Positions 13,381 through 26,550 of a stretch of 64,000 bases of DNA are shown here, in pieces. Both the position numbers and the translations under genes were made by a program. Location: positions 72,852,001 to 72,916,000 of the forward strand of contig CM052816.1 in the NCBI GenBank assembly GCA_028534125.1, in the 5' to 3' direction. Positions within the stretch are counted from its first letter, which is position 1; each line of letters opens with the position of its first letter. This stretch comes from Lama glama (taxonomy: Eukaryota). Below the pieces are notes generated by a model, which searched no databases, was not told the origin of the DNA, and was given only the letters and a program-made list of their open reading frames with translations.

Positions 13381-16300
13381 TCTACACTGTGACCCAAAAA
13401 TGAACATGAATAATTCTGTTGCACTTTAGCAAAATAATGGGAAGGACTGCTGAAAAAGAAAGACTTTCATACTTTAAATAAACTGACATTATGTCAAAGT
13501 TAAGATCAAATGCAGGGCTCTTCATTGTTCTCGTTTGATTTTTGCATCATGCTGTTTTTAATAGAAAAAAGTTGATTTATTTGGAATTTGAATAGAGTTG
13601 TCTGTTTTCTCTCACTTTTTGTAATTTACTCAATCATTTATTTATATAAGTACAGCCTCATAGTTATTTTATATTTTGGCATTAATTAAGCCAATGTTAC
13701 ACTATTTATTTTGTTACTCAAATTGTTACACCCTTGTTTGGTAGCTCTTTCAATTGGCCTCTTTGAAATATTCTTTTCATCCTGAAATATTCTTTTCATT
13801 TTTTTTGTTGATGTTTTTGCTTGTTACTTTGTTTGTTTTCTAGCATGACCATACTTTCTGGTAGGATAAGATGCTCTAGGAAAGAAATAATTGTATTTTT
13901 TTTAAATTATGAAGTAAGCTTAGTAGTTTGGAGCCATTATTATTAAGGTCAGGACCACATATCTGATTCCCTTAGGGAGCGAGCATTCCTCAATTTAATG
14001 CACATAGACAATATTCCTAACTCAGGTCAAACATGTTGCTAAAAAAAAACACCTCATAACAACCGCCATAAAGAATCTGGTTGGAGATTAGAGATATTCA
14101 TAGCTTTACTGTGTGTTTTATGTAATACAATGTGCTATAAGGACCTGTGATTGATGGAAGAGCTTTAAAAGTCTTGTTTTACTAATAGAGAGATATTAAT
14201 AACATAACTAAATATGTTCCCTCTGCAAAACTGTGCTATAAAAATGTGATTGATGGGGAAGAGCCTTTAAAAGTTTTGCTTAACTTTTAGACTCACTTCA
14301 TTGTTTCTATTAAACTACATACCCTCAAAGCAAACAAATTTCACTGGAAGACGAAGGGCTTTTAAATGCAAATAAGTTTCTGTCTCAAGACATCTTATTT
14401 CTGTCAAATATTTGTTAGAATTTACAGTTTAAATCAGAAAGTATTCACATAGAGATAAAAGTTCTACAGAGACAGAGAAAAATGAATGGATTCCTTCAAG
14501 CAGTAACAATAATGTGAAATCATCTTCGCAGTGATATAATCAAGGCAGTTCCAATGGTGCACCTGAATATGTGATGTATCATGGAAAAAGAGTTGTTTAT
14601 ATTAACAAAGACCCATTTACTTGTTTATAAAATAGACTTTCAAGTATTTTCTAAAATAAAAGGTGAGAAAACAATGAAGAGAAAAAATCTGTATAGTTGA
14701 AACAAAAAACATAGATGAAAAGATTCTCTTTGCTTTATTATTTTTGTTTGACATTTATTTTCTCTGCAACCTGACTTATTTTCAGTTTCCTACACTACTG
14801 TCCTTCTACGTCATTTTACATGTGAAGTTATTAACTCTTTAAGAACCAGTTTGGTCATTTTAATGGACGTATCTCTGTCTTCTTTTAACTCACGTAGTTA
14901 CCTTGAGTACCTCGAATGGTTCACCTTTTATCTTCCTGTGGTGTTTGTATAGAAGTATATTGAAGAGTAAAAAAAAAGCACATTTTATAGACATAAGACT
15001 TGTTTCCCAAGCTATTTGCTTGAGAAAGCATTCTAAGAGTTTTCAGTAGTCACTTCCCGACAAGAATAAAAATTAGGCTTTGTGAGCACTTTTTTCCACT
15101 GCCAGACTCCATCTTCCTTCTTCCCCACATTCTTCCTTTTCTCTGCCTTCTGTTCATTCAGACCTGCAGGCATGTTTATTGAGTACTTACTATGTGCTGA
15201 ACTTATTGTAGCCCTGGTCTACTCCTACCACGGCTCTTCAGCACCAGTTAATACTAAGCACAGATCATGTAAGGTACAGCCACGCGTGGAGTCTGCTGTG
15301 TACTGTGGGGCCTGGATGGTGCTGCACCAAGTACCACATGTAACATCCTTCTCTTGTCTTTACTTTCTAGTTATTATTGCTGATTTTTAAATATTCTACC
15401 ATCCTCCATGAAACCTGCTATTAGAGATATTTCTCTGCTCTGCTGAAATCACAACATATTGTTGAAGATGAAACACCTTCTTTTCCATGGTGGACGCAAA
15501 ATTTTGTGCCCTCTGCATCAGCTGAAATTTTGTTAACTATCCTGAGATAATATTGGGTGATTTTATGTTTCCCCAGTCTTAGAAACTGGAATTTTGTATT
15601 CCCAGAGCAAGAATTCAGACCTCAAACTTCTTTCAATACTCCCGAATCTTTTTGCCCTTTTCCCACCCCTTAGCAGAGGTGACTTCATTTTCTGTGTTTC
15701 TTAAACAAGTTACAAACTCAGGTTCAACCTTGTTCTTTGGGGGCTCACTGGAGAAGATATTTCTGAGAAACGGCATTGTGGTAAAATTTAGATTCCTGTT
15801 GTTTATTCTGTTCCGTATCTAATTTGCAGGATTAAAAATGACTGGCCCCACACCCCTATTTTGGTTCATAATGACAACCCTATGTCTAATCTGGACTAGA
15901 ATCCACAGAATGAAGTCAAACATATAAATCTCTTAATTTAGAGTTGTCCTGATCCCAGAAATAAAATGAACAATTCAGGAAAAGGAAAATATGGCTTCTG
16001 TCCAGTCCAAGACTTCCCATGAAAGCCCAGGAGGTTTTTTAAGGAGGGATTTTCTGATCTAGCCCAGAAACAGACTGAATGTATAATTATAGATTATGTC
16101 TAGTCTCCTTTGTGCAATGTGTAATGCGACACTACGTCTCCTTGCTTTAATGGGAGCAACATTAAGAAAAAAATGTCAAAATGCTGCTGGCATTTTGTTG
16201 GCAGCTGGGCTCTTGTTTCAGAACTCCAGTCAGTAGGTGCAAGTTAGATTTTTCAGTTGTGACCATCAAAGCAGTAATGTCATGGCTAATAGGAAGTGTT

Positions 16301-16669
16301 ACGGCTTCCCTTCTTCATAAAAGCAGATCAAAGGGAGGCTAAAACTCTTCCACAATTTTGTTCTAATTCTATATAAAGAATAATAAAGAAATGGAAAGTT
16401 ATAAAAGGTAAACTGGTATATATTTAATTCACATTTATTGAATGTTTGATATGTGCCTATACTGCTCTCCGTGCTGGGAATACGTCAACAAAAATAAAGC
16501 ATAATCCCTGGTTTCGAAAAGATATGAAGATTATTAAAGCTTATGTATTTTTAATTCTTAATTTAAATTGCAATGTATGCTATATATAGAATTTTAACTT
16601 TAACATATGATTTTCTTCCTGAAATGATGAATATCTCTTTTAATATTTGTTTATTCTTGCCATCTTTAG

Positions 16670-16915
<246 letters not shown>

Positions 16916-17129
16916 TGAAAAAGAAACTTCAACTGAGCTGAAGTTTAATTTACCTGCGATAAGTATCTTTATCAGAAATTTGGAGATGTCAGGATGTTGT
17001 TTGTTGGTTTTGAATATGGGCTTTTATTTGAATTCTGATAAAAAGTCTATGTGGTATGTTTTCACATTTCAGGGTCGCCCGTTCAGGGCACATGCACTTA
17101 TTACCCTATTAGTTAGAGTAGTCCTTCAC

Positions 17130-18035
17130 CTTCTTGAACTGAAACCAAATAACAGTGGCTTAAACAAGTGGAAAGTATGTTTTCCTCTCAACAAATGTCC
17201 CAGAAGGGTCAGATGGCTCCCCTCAGCACAGTTTTCATGCACCCAGATTTCATTTATTTTGTTGGTCTGGCATCCTCTAGAGTGTTTCCTCATTTTCACA
17301 AAAGGCATTGGTTCCCTTCCACAAATTGGGCCACAGGAGAGGGAGGAGGGGACAGAGGAAGTGAAGAGTGAGCAGTTTCTTTTTAGATGTGTGCCCAGAA
17401 TGGCCAACATCACTGCCATGTCACATCTGATTGGCCAGAATTTAGTCACAAGAGTACCTCTAGGCATAATGAAGGCTGGGAAATGTAGCTTCTAGTTGAG
17501 TGGTGTATTAGTCGGGGCTCTCTAGAGAAACAGAACCAGCGGGATTTTTTATATATACACAGAAGGAGATTTATCATGAGAAACTGACTCACGTGACTAT
17601 GGAGGCTGACAAGTGTTATGATCTGCCCTCTGAAACTGAAGGACAGGAAAGCTGGTAGTTTAATTTGTCTGGTTCCAAAAGCCTGAGAACCAACGGTGTA
17701 AATCATGTCTGAGAGCAGAAAGTAAGATGAGATGTTAGCTCAAGCAGTGAGACAGGAGAAAAGGAATGAATTCCTTCTGCCGCCTTCTTTTTTTTTTCCT
17801 ATTTAGGCCCCCAGTGGGTTGAAGATGCACACACTAGAAAGGACAGTCCACTTGACTGAGTCCACTGGTTCAAATGCTAATCTCACCCAGAAACACCCTC
17901 ATGGACATACCCCCAGATGATGCTTAATTTGAGCACCTCATGTGTCAAGTTGACGCATAAAATTAACCATCACAAGTGGCAATTTGCTTTGTTAAAAATT
18001 CTGACAAGGAAAAAGAGAAACTGAAAGCTGATGGA
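17130..18035 (-). mobile_element. Old MaLR LTR (MLT1J-like), interrupted by an MLT2 insertion
   Basis: ataacagtggcttaaacaag...attggccagaatttagtcaca...aggctgggaaatgtagc, apparently resuming after 17979. Confidence 0.6.
17504..17974 (-). mobile_element. ERVL solo LTR (MLT2-like) with 5-bp target-site duplication AGTGG
   Basis: Starts tgtattagtc..ctctagagaaacagaacca and ends agttgacgcataaaattaaccatcaca. Flanked by agtgg at 17499-17503 and 17975-17979. Confidence 0.9.
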
Positions 18036-18139
18036 AATAAATAAAAGCTGATAGTAAGCAATACAAGTATAATCCAGCTTTGGGGGGAAGTGGTTTGGGG
18101 AAAAATGTTTATGGGTTTGTGTTTTGTTTTGTTTTGAGA

Positions 18140-18945
18140 TTTTTCTTGTTTTCTAGCACTACATGATGCTCTAAGCTCATCTTACACATTTCCTTACTCA
18201 GTCCTAGAATCAGCCATTTTTCCAAGGATCCCTGATTCCTTTGATTGGAGATTGGTTTTAGAAACCATGATCTGGACACTAGGTGACTCATTTCTATTAC
18301 CATTACTTCCAGGTCCTCTCAGCTGACAAGGCAAAGTGAAACATATGTACATACTACCTTGTATATATACACATGTCTGTAAATATTTCTATGTGTAGCC
18401 ATATGTATCCATATTAAGCTAAATATGAATACATACTGATATTTCCAACTCTAATCCATTACCACACAAATTATTCTAGCCTCTTTCCCTTGTTTATCTG
18501 TAGTACACCCTCAACAGGAAGAAATTTGGTTCCCATAATCCATCATCCATTTACTTACTTACTTATTCAGTTCTAGTATAGATTTACAGTGGTTTTAAAA
18601 TTGTTAACCAATACATCCATGAGAAATAACTTTATCAACTAGACTACAGTCTTACATACAGTTCCTTTTGCCTCTTCATTCATTTGCAAAGATGCTTAGG
18701 TCAGCATCTTATTCCTCCACCTCCTTCACTGAGGTGGTTTCATACAACTGTAATACACTTACATTCTTTTGTTACATTCTGAATTCCATCCAGAGAACTC
18801 ATGACTACCTAAATTATTTCTTTTTTAATTTCCATACCATCAGATTTACACTTCCATTTTTGTGCTGTAAAGTTTTACAGTTTTTGACAAATGTTTGCTG
18901 TCTTGTATTCACCATTACAGTATCGTCCAGAATTGTGTTTGACAG
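18140..18945 (-). mobile_element. L1MC-type 3' fragment
   Basis: gctctaagctcatctt...cagtcctagaatcagccatttttccaaggatccctgattcctttgattggaga...ttagaaaccatgatctgg matches the reverse L1MC 3'UTR. Confidence 0.75.
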
Positions 18946-19852
18946 CAATACAATAATTGTATTGATAGCAAGTGATGTATAAGAAAGATAATGAGATTAA
19001 ATGAGGTTTGTTTTTAAAGAGGAATGAGATGGTCTTCAATTACTAAACATAGTTATCAAAATCATAATGCAATTTTATATAAAATACATATTCTTCTCCA
19101 TTCTTCTTCTAAATTTCTTAAAACATACGTGATCAGTTCTAAATTTAGCCTTATAAAATTACCAGTGAAGTTATCTCCCATTTTAACCATTTAACAAATA
19201 TTTCTTCTATAGTTTATTCCTGAGTCAAATATCTACTTATTCAACCCAACTCATTTCAGTAAGAAATTCTACAAAATAATACTTTGTTTGGATTCACTGC
19301 TTTTTAGTGTCACTCATAATTTCACTATGGTGACCTGAACAGGCTATTAGTGGACCTGTCCTTTGATGGGAATTTTATGGAAGAAAATAGGTCAGCATAC
19401 TTTCAATTCTTTTACACGTGCAGTGGATATTTGTTCAATTTAAAAACCAAAGAAGCCAAACAAAGGCTATTAGAACCCGATAATAATAATAAGTTGTACT
19501 TATTTAGCATGTTAGGGTTTATAATGTATACCTCTTTAAGTGTCTAATATGAAAATTTTGAAATTGATAGAGTAAACTTTTGTAGCATACTAATTTTACA
19601 TTCCCATAAGCTGAGCATGGCAAGTTCATAGTACTCTTAAGCAGAAGAGCCAGGGATCAACTGAGGAATGCTCTTTCCATTCTTATAAAGTGTCTGGATT
19701 AAGTAAATGTAATCAGTGCACAGAATACACTCCAACTAAATGGCAAGCAAAATAGTGAGATAAGGAGACTTTCGAAGAAAGCTCACATTCAGAGTTCTGT
19801 GTTTTGTGCATAACTTCCTAACTTGATTTATTTCTGCAATAATACTGGGCTT

Positions 19853-19878
19853 TCTCTCTCTCTCTCTCTCTCTGTGTG

Positions 19879-19910
<32 letters not shown>

Positions 19911-19940
19911 TATATACATACACACACACACACACACACA
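19853..19940. repeat. Compound microsatellite (TC)n(TG)n(TA)n(CA)n
   Basis: Directly visible. Confidence 0.97.
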
Positions 19941-20084
19941 TGTATCTAGAGAGGTCCCCCCCCCCTTTTTATGTGCAGGTGGGAGAGAGAGTGTGTTATA
20001 TTAACTCATGCATCATTGTATTCAGTGTTCTCACCAACAGAGTTTCAAGTAATGTTCTAGGAGACAGAATAAAAGAAAATGAAC

Positions 20085-20300
20085 ATTATCTAAGTGCCTG
20101 CTGTGTATTAGGCAGGTTTATAGGTACTAGTTATACAGCATTGAGCAAAATAGACAAAATTATCCACAGCCATGGAGCTTTTTTATGTTATATTTTAGAA
20201 AGAAGAAATGTAATAAAGAAATCTGGAAATTACTGAAATATTAAGCCACAGTATCAGATGGTGATAAATGCTTCAAGGAAAACTGAAGCAGGGAAGAAAT
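20085..20300 (-). mobile_element. L2 fragment
   Basis: aagtgcctgctgtgtattaggcagg...tacagcattgagcaaaatagacaaaa...catggagctt. Confidence 0.6.
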
Positions 20301-20544
20301 AAGAAACACCTCCTTGCCCTTCCTTGCCAGCTGGAGATTAGCATTCGGGCATGTGGGATTACCTAAGAGTCCCAGGCTTCCTACTGAGAGTGATGGACAG
20401 TGGGGCTAAGATAACTAACGAGATTGGTCCTCATGGCTCAGCCCAGGTAAATGGTGAGGCAGTGAGTTTTGGGTGCTAAAGAAATAGGGGTCTCCCTTGC
20501 AGAAAAAGAAGTTCCTAATCTCCTTGATTCCTTCTATGGGGAAA

Positions 20545-20705
20545 ATTTTTATAATTCTCTTTTTACGTATGAGAGAGATGGGCCTCAGAGAAGTTAAACA
20601 ATCTGGCAAAGGCCATGTACCTGAAAAGAACAAAGCCAGGTTTCAAACTCAGCTATGAATCTGACCCCAAAGCCTGTGTTTTCTCCACTGTTCCTCACTG
20701 CTTCC
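20545..20705 (-). mobile_element. MIR SINE
   Basis: ttttacgtatgagagagatgggcctcagagaagttaa...aaagccaggtttcaaactcag...tctgaccccaaagcctgtg. Confidence 0.7.
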
Positions 20706-22899
20706 TAAGAGAGGGTATGATGATCCTCTAGAATGTCAGCTTCAAACATTAGTACACCTTAGCCTCCCTTCAGAGCCATCCATGGCCCTTTTATACATGC
20801 ATTTGTTAAACCATTTTGTAATCAATATGTTCTACCTGACTCTCCTATTAAAGTAATCATGCCATTAACATATTATCCACTAAGTTAAACTGCTGTTCAT
20901 ATACTTCATTAAAATTTCAGTGTATCTTTGTATTCAGTAGTTCATGATTTTAAAGACAAGCTTTTATTTTTTTCTGATATAATGTTTCATTGTTATTATT
21001 TCTATCCACTGACCTATTAGAGGTTGTCTTTCCACACCAAAGTGTTCTAATTGATTCAGTCTCTTGACTTTGCTTCTTTCCAAATCCCATAAATTCTTCT
21101 TATAGTATAATGATGTGAAATAAACTTAGCAGAAAGAAAATACTTCCCACAGTTGTTGTCATTATAAATCATTTGGTATTAAACGCTGCTTAATCATGTC
21201 TAACATTTTGACAACCTCAAGGAGACTGCCAGATACTTTATATAGTTAAAGTGCCTATTTAAGAGTTTTATGGCCAAAATGCATCTGGCCAGATTACAAT
21301 CATCTGGTATTTTTAAGTTTTAAACCAAGCCACAGGTTTGAAAAACCACAGACAATTCCATCATGGTGACTATTCTTTATTTGTAAAAGGAATGGAGCAT
21401 CTGCCAATCTGTAGCTTACAGTTTACTCTACCTCTAGTCCATTGTACATTTCTAAAATTATTTTCGTGAAAGGTATGAAGTTCTATGGCAAGCCAAAACA
21501 AATCTGGCAGGTTATGACTCACCTTAGAATATAAAATTGTTTTGAATATTTTTAAATGTTCTTTCTCCTTCTTTTGAAAACATAAATTGTGAAAATTTGA
21601 TTACCAATACTCTTTAGTACTCACATTTTACTTGTGTTATTCAACTTTTGCAACAATAAACTCTGTATATGCTATTAAGGGAATTTCTGGTAATAAAGAA
21701 CAGATGGAAGATTTTTTCCCTCATTTTGCATAGCTCAGAGGGTAGAAAGAAGTAGGGCTTTCTATCAAGCTAACTGGAGGAAACACAGGTTAAATACATC
21801 ACCCAATAAGGATAGTCTAAGTAAAAGCTATCTCCTAAATTGATGTTTTCTTTAAGGGTTCTCCTTGGAGGAGATCTGCATTGGTGATTTGAGAGGAACC
21901 AGTGGGCCTTTTATTTTGAAGCCCAACCTTTCCATTCATGCCTGTGTCCCAGCACTCCCAGAAGGGGAGGCTCCAGCCCCCTGCTCTTTGTGCTTTCATC
22001 CACTCTGTAGCTATTCCTCATTCAGGAAAGTTTATCTGATTGTGTCCCTTGCCTTTTATACAAAGAAGAATAATACCCAAATTCTTTAAGAACGTCTACC
22101 AAACCCTCTACAGTCTGGCCAAACCTATTTTCCTAATCTCAGTGCATGTCTTTCCCTTCTGACACCCTTAACCCAACCCCCTAAAACTACTAGTTCTTAT
22201 ATAAGCAAGCAAACATTGCCTTTGCAAAGAATGATCCCTTTGGTTTAAAAAAACTAAAACTAAAATAAAAACAACCCCCTTCATTCTTCAGGCTGACACA
22301 CTGCTTCTCATGTTTTTATGACACCACTCAAGTATTATTTTTTAATCTCCCCCAGGCAATTTTTTTCTTTCTGTTTTCATAGTACTTTAACCTTAACCTA
22401 ATATTGAACTGTTTTCATTATTATTTTATACATCAATCTTCCATATTGGATTATGAATTTTCTAAGTTTAGATACTGTGATTTTTTTTCCAGTTTAAACC
22501 TGCAACACCAAGGAACAATGCTTGAACTGTCACACAGAGTCAGTGAGAACTTGTACAGTGAGTGAATGGATGAATGGATGGTGGATGAATATATGTTCCC
22601 TTGTTTCTATTCTTTATCTCTATCTCTTCTTCTGCTTTTTCTCCAGCCTCAAAAAAGAAAAGCAGTCAAGCATCCCATTCACTTTTGTATTATACTGGAT
22701 TCAATTCATTCTCTTTATCTCAAGATTGGAAATCAATACAAATAATAATGATAAATTATAAGCTAAACTAAATGAAACACAAGAATTACCTGTTTCTGAG
22801 AAGTTCAGTGTTAATATTTAAATTACTTTCTATGTAATTTTAAATAGATCTCACTCTATTAAGGATAATATAGTTCTAGAATTTAACAATGTAATCTGG

Positions 22900-23115
22900 A
22901 GCAAGGCTATCCAGTAGAACTTTCTGTGGTGATGAAAATAGTATCTACTTAATACTGTTCAAAAACTAACCAGGAGCCATATGCAGCTATTGAGCATTTG
23001 AAGCTAGTGTGACTGGGGAATTAAATGATTAATTTCATTTATTGTAATTAATTTAGATTAAATATAAATAACCACCTGTGGCTAGTGCCTACCATATTGG
23101 ATAAAACAGATCCAG
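22900..23115. mobile_element. MER3 (hAT-Charlie) DNA transposon
   Basis: ctatccagtagaactttctgtggtgatgaaaat...gctattgagcatttgaa...ccacctgtggctagtgcctaccatattgga. Confidence 0.8.
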
Positions 23116-23329
23116 ATTGCTGTCAAAAGGGGCTGAAAGGAATTTACAAGGTTATTGTATCTAGCATAGTATAAAGGAGTGTTATCTTTCTCTATTTTTA
23201 TATTCTTAGATATTTTCCAATCTTTCAAAAAATCTTTATTTCATGCTAATCCTCAAATATCCCTAAGAGTTAATTTATCTCATAAATGTAGCAAATGATA
23301 CCGATTTCCTTCCTTTCTTTCTTCCTTCA

Positions 23330-23740
23330 CTCCTTCAATCCTTTTTTCCTTCCCATATAGATATTGAAAATCTTCAGTGTTCCAGGCAGAATTCTAGGTA
23401 TTTGTCATAGAGTAGCAAATAAGGTAAAACCTTAGAACTCATGGATATTATATACTATTGGGGAGATACCCAACATGCAAAAAAAAATAAATGAATGCAA
23501 AAAATAATTTCAAGTAATAGATGCCATGAAAAAAAATATAAAACAAGTTAATGAAAGAAGAGTTGAGTAGAGAAGAGACCTTAATAAAAAGAGATAACTA
23601 GCCATTTAATTTCTGCAGGAAAGGCATGGAGAATAGCAACAGCAAATTTCCTGAAGTGGGAACAGAGGTGGTAGATTCCAGGAACAAAAAATATCACTCC
23701 TGACAGAGCAAAGGGAGAGATGGGAAGGGTTATAGAAGCT
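23330..23740 (-). mobile_element. L2 fragment
   Basis: tattgaaaatcttcagtgttccaggca...ctcatggatattatatactattggggagatac...caaatttcctgaagtgggaac. Confidence 0.55.
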
Positions 23741-26344
23741 GAGCTCTATTTTGTATCCAGAAAAAGAACTAGTGACATACATAGAACATGATGTACTTAT
23801 AAGTCATCTTAGTGATAGGCCAGGCACCCTAACTTAGTTCACGTGGGAAGGTGGTAAACAGAGAGGAGAAAAAAAGAACTGGCGTTAATGAACTGGATGG
23901 ACTTGTGGGATAGAAAAAAAATTACTTGAGTTAGAGCAATAGAATAAATTGAGTTGGAAATCCAAGAAGTGGTGATCTGAATGGCAGCTTTGAAGTCGGC
24001 TAAGCTACTGATAACTAGGTCTAGGATATGACCGTTGAAATAATGGCTAAATAGAAATATAGAAATGAAATATTGTTAAGAGTGAGTTAACCAAAGAACA
24101 CTAACAATGTGTTAAATGAAACATCTCCAAGCATTCTGATGGATACAATGATGATATGTTTTAAACGTTACAAAAAGAAGAATCTATATTTCAGTGAAGG
24201 CCTACTTAAACTAAATTAAGGTTATACTTTTAAGACTTTTTTCCTTCATGTGTTATTTACACTATTTTCCTTATTTTCTCTCCATCTCTAATTTTCTTCT
24301 GTTTATTTGCAACATTTATATAAAAAGTACACAGAAATTACGGGACTAAAAGATTCCTACTATACTGATCATTTTATGTTTTTATTTGCATCTTCATCTT
24401 TAGCACATTCCCTGATAGATCTTTTTAATGGAATAAATATTTGTGGCATTGAATCTAAATTTGAAATCATTTTTAATTAAATAATATTTTACATCATGAA
24501 GTCAGTTATCAAGGTTTTAATAAATGATCTCTATTTATATTTATTTTCAATTTTTCAAACATTTAATTGTAGTATCTGCCCTTCTTTGTTTCTCCTCCAA
24601 TTTCTTAACAAAAATCATAAATGTGAACCACATCATTAGACTTAGTATTTTGGTAATACTTCATTTGGTGCTGAATAGAGCAGCAAGATTCCTTCTGAGC
24701 TTTTGTTTTCTGAGTTTTTTGTTTTTATTTTGTTGATGTTGGCTTTTCTTTTGTGGGGGGGTGTTATTGGTTGTTTTATTTTGTTTTTGTTTTGGTTTTT
24801 TTTTTTTGCTCTTCAGCTTCACATTTGGCTTTGAGAGCCGCAGTACCACATCGCTGACTAAGGTCTTCTTGCCCCACTTCGGCAGATCTGTTCATCCCCG
24901 TCACAGGCGGGTGTGATGAGTGAGCTAACATTAGTAAAGTACTCCCAGTTCTTTGGATTAAAGTTGTGCAAGCTATTATTCTGTTGTGACACCTTCTTTA
25001 AGGATCATTATTATACTTCATTGTATTTGTGGAGTCTAGGAAAGAAAGTGGGGGAAAAGACTTTGAGTAGGCACACTTCAACACAGTGTAAAAGGACAGC
25101 AAGTCATGGAAAGAGCTTGGGTTCAAATTTTATTTTTAATATTATCTTTTTTCCTCCCACTTTTTCTATTCTATACTATTAGCCCAGAGTGGGGTGAGGC
25201 GAAGGAAGACCATCTTTCTGTGGGAATAATAAGTGGTACCTTGTGAGGCATTAGGTATACATTTGGAAGCAATTAAATATTCTATGACATTCTCAAAGCC
25301 ATATTTTTATCCTATAAAAGAGTTAGGAGGTATGCAAATGAAGCATTCCAGGCTCTTTATCATAATGTAGAATTTCAGTTTAAAACGTTGTTAAGATCTT
25401 ATTTGATAAATGCTCCCAACACAGTATTTATGATCTTGGACAGCCACTCTTTAAACAAGTTCATTTGGAGGCAGTGGTGTCCTGTGGTTAGTTTATGCAT
25501 GTAATTGCTGGTAGACAGATGGCTAGGTTCTCACTGTGTCCTCATTTCAACTCTATCTCTAGCTTGCTCCTTTTCCATGTGGCCTTCCACGTGTGCCAAT
25601 ATCAGAGGCTTTTAATTCTGTGTCCAAGTTTTACTTACTCTTAAATTTAGACCCTCCCCTCAAGTCTGAAGTTCCACATTGCTAAAACTGTACCGCTGTA
25701 CAGTGGCAACCCCTGCTGATCTGTGCACCATATGCAATTTATAAGGTTATGTCTCAGTAGCTCAAGCATATTTCATTGCTTGATTGTTCCGCTCTCATAA
25801 TATTGCAAATTAAATTATCAAATTCTATCTTTAGGAACAAAACTATAAGAGGATCAGGAAGCCACATAATGTGGCAGAGCGCTCAGCATCCACAGCGCCA
25901 GGGACCAGTGCCATCTCTGTCAACAAGACCCAATCCAACTGCATGTCCCCAGGCAACTTGTTTAACGTTTTAAGGCTTGGGATCATCAGCTGTAAAATGA
26001 GTTATTAAAATGGACGCTGTGTGCAGCCTTCCAGGTCTGTGGTTCTGTTGGAATGGCACTCGTGGGAGCATCTCCTTTTTGCCAGCTTGCTTGTTTTTAG
26101 TAGCTTTTTGAGTATCTAAAGTGTCTTCTAGCTTATTCTAGAGTCCACAGAAGTATCATCACTGAGGATATTTTCCAGGACAAGACCTTAGCATTAAAAA
26201 AATGGAGGCAGGTGATATTGGTGAAGATTCATGTTCTAGTGCATGAAAATTAACTACAACCCTTTTTCATGGGTAGTGAAAAAGTAGAAAGTGTCAGGGG
26301 CTGGTTGGGAAGCTCTTTGAAATGTGACAGAAGGATACTGTTTA

Positions 26345-26550
26345 AGGGTGTGGGTGTTAAGAGTCAGATCTTGAGATGCTGTTGGGTTTTGAGAAAGTCT
26401 CTGATCTTCTCCAAGCCCCTGTTTCCAAATCTGTAACATCAGGATGATAATAGTAATTTCTACCTCATTAGGCTTGTTTAGAGTAGTGGATGATTTAACA
26501 CGTACAGAATGCTTAGAGCAACACTTGGAACATAATCTGTGCCATGATAT
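26345..26550 (+). mobile_element. MIR SINE
   Basis: ctgtttccaaatctgtaacatcaggatgataatagta...acctcattagg...gcttagagcaacacttgg. Confidence 0.65.

Noticed and set aside
15237..15260. TTCAGCACC, the left half of an RE1/NRSE (HCN1 is a known REST target)
   Set aside because: The right half-site GGACAG is absent at canonical or extended spacing.
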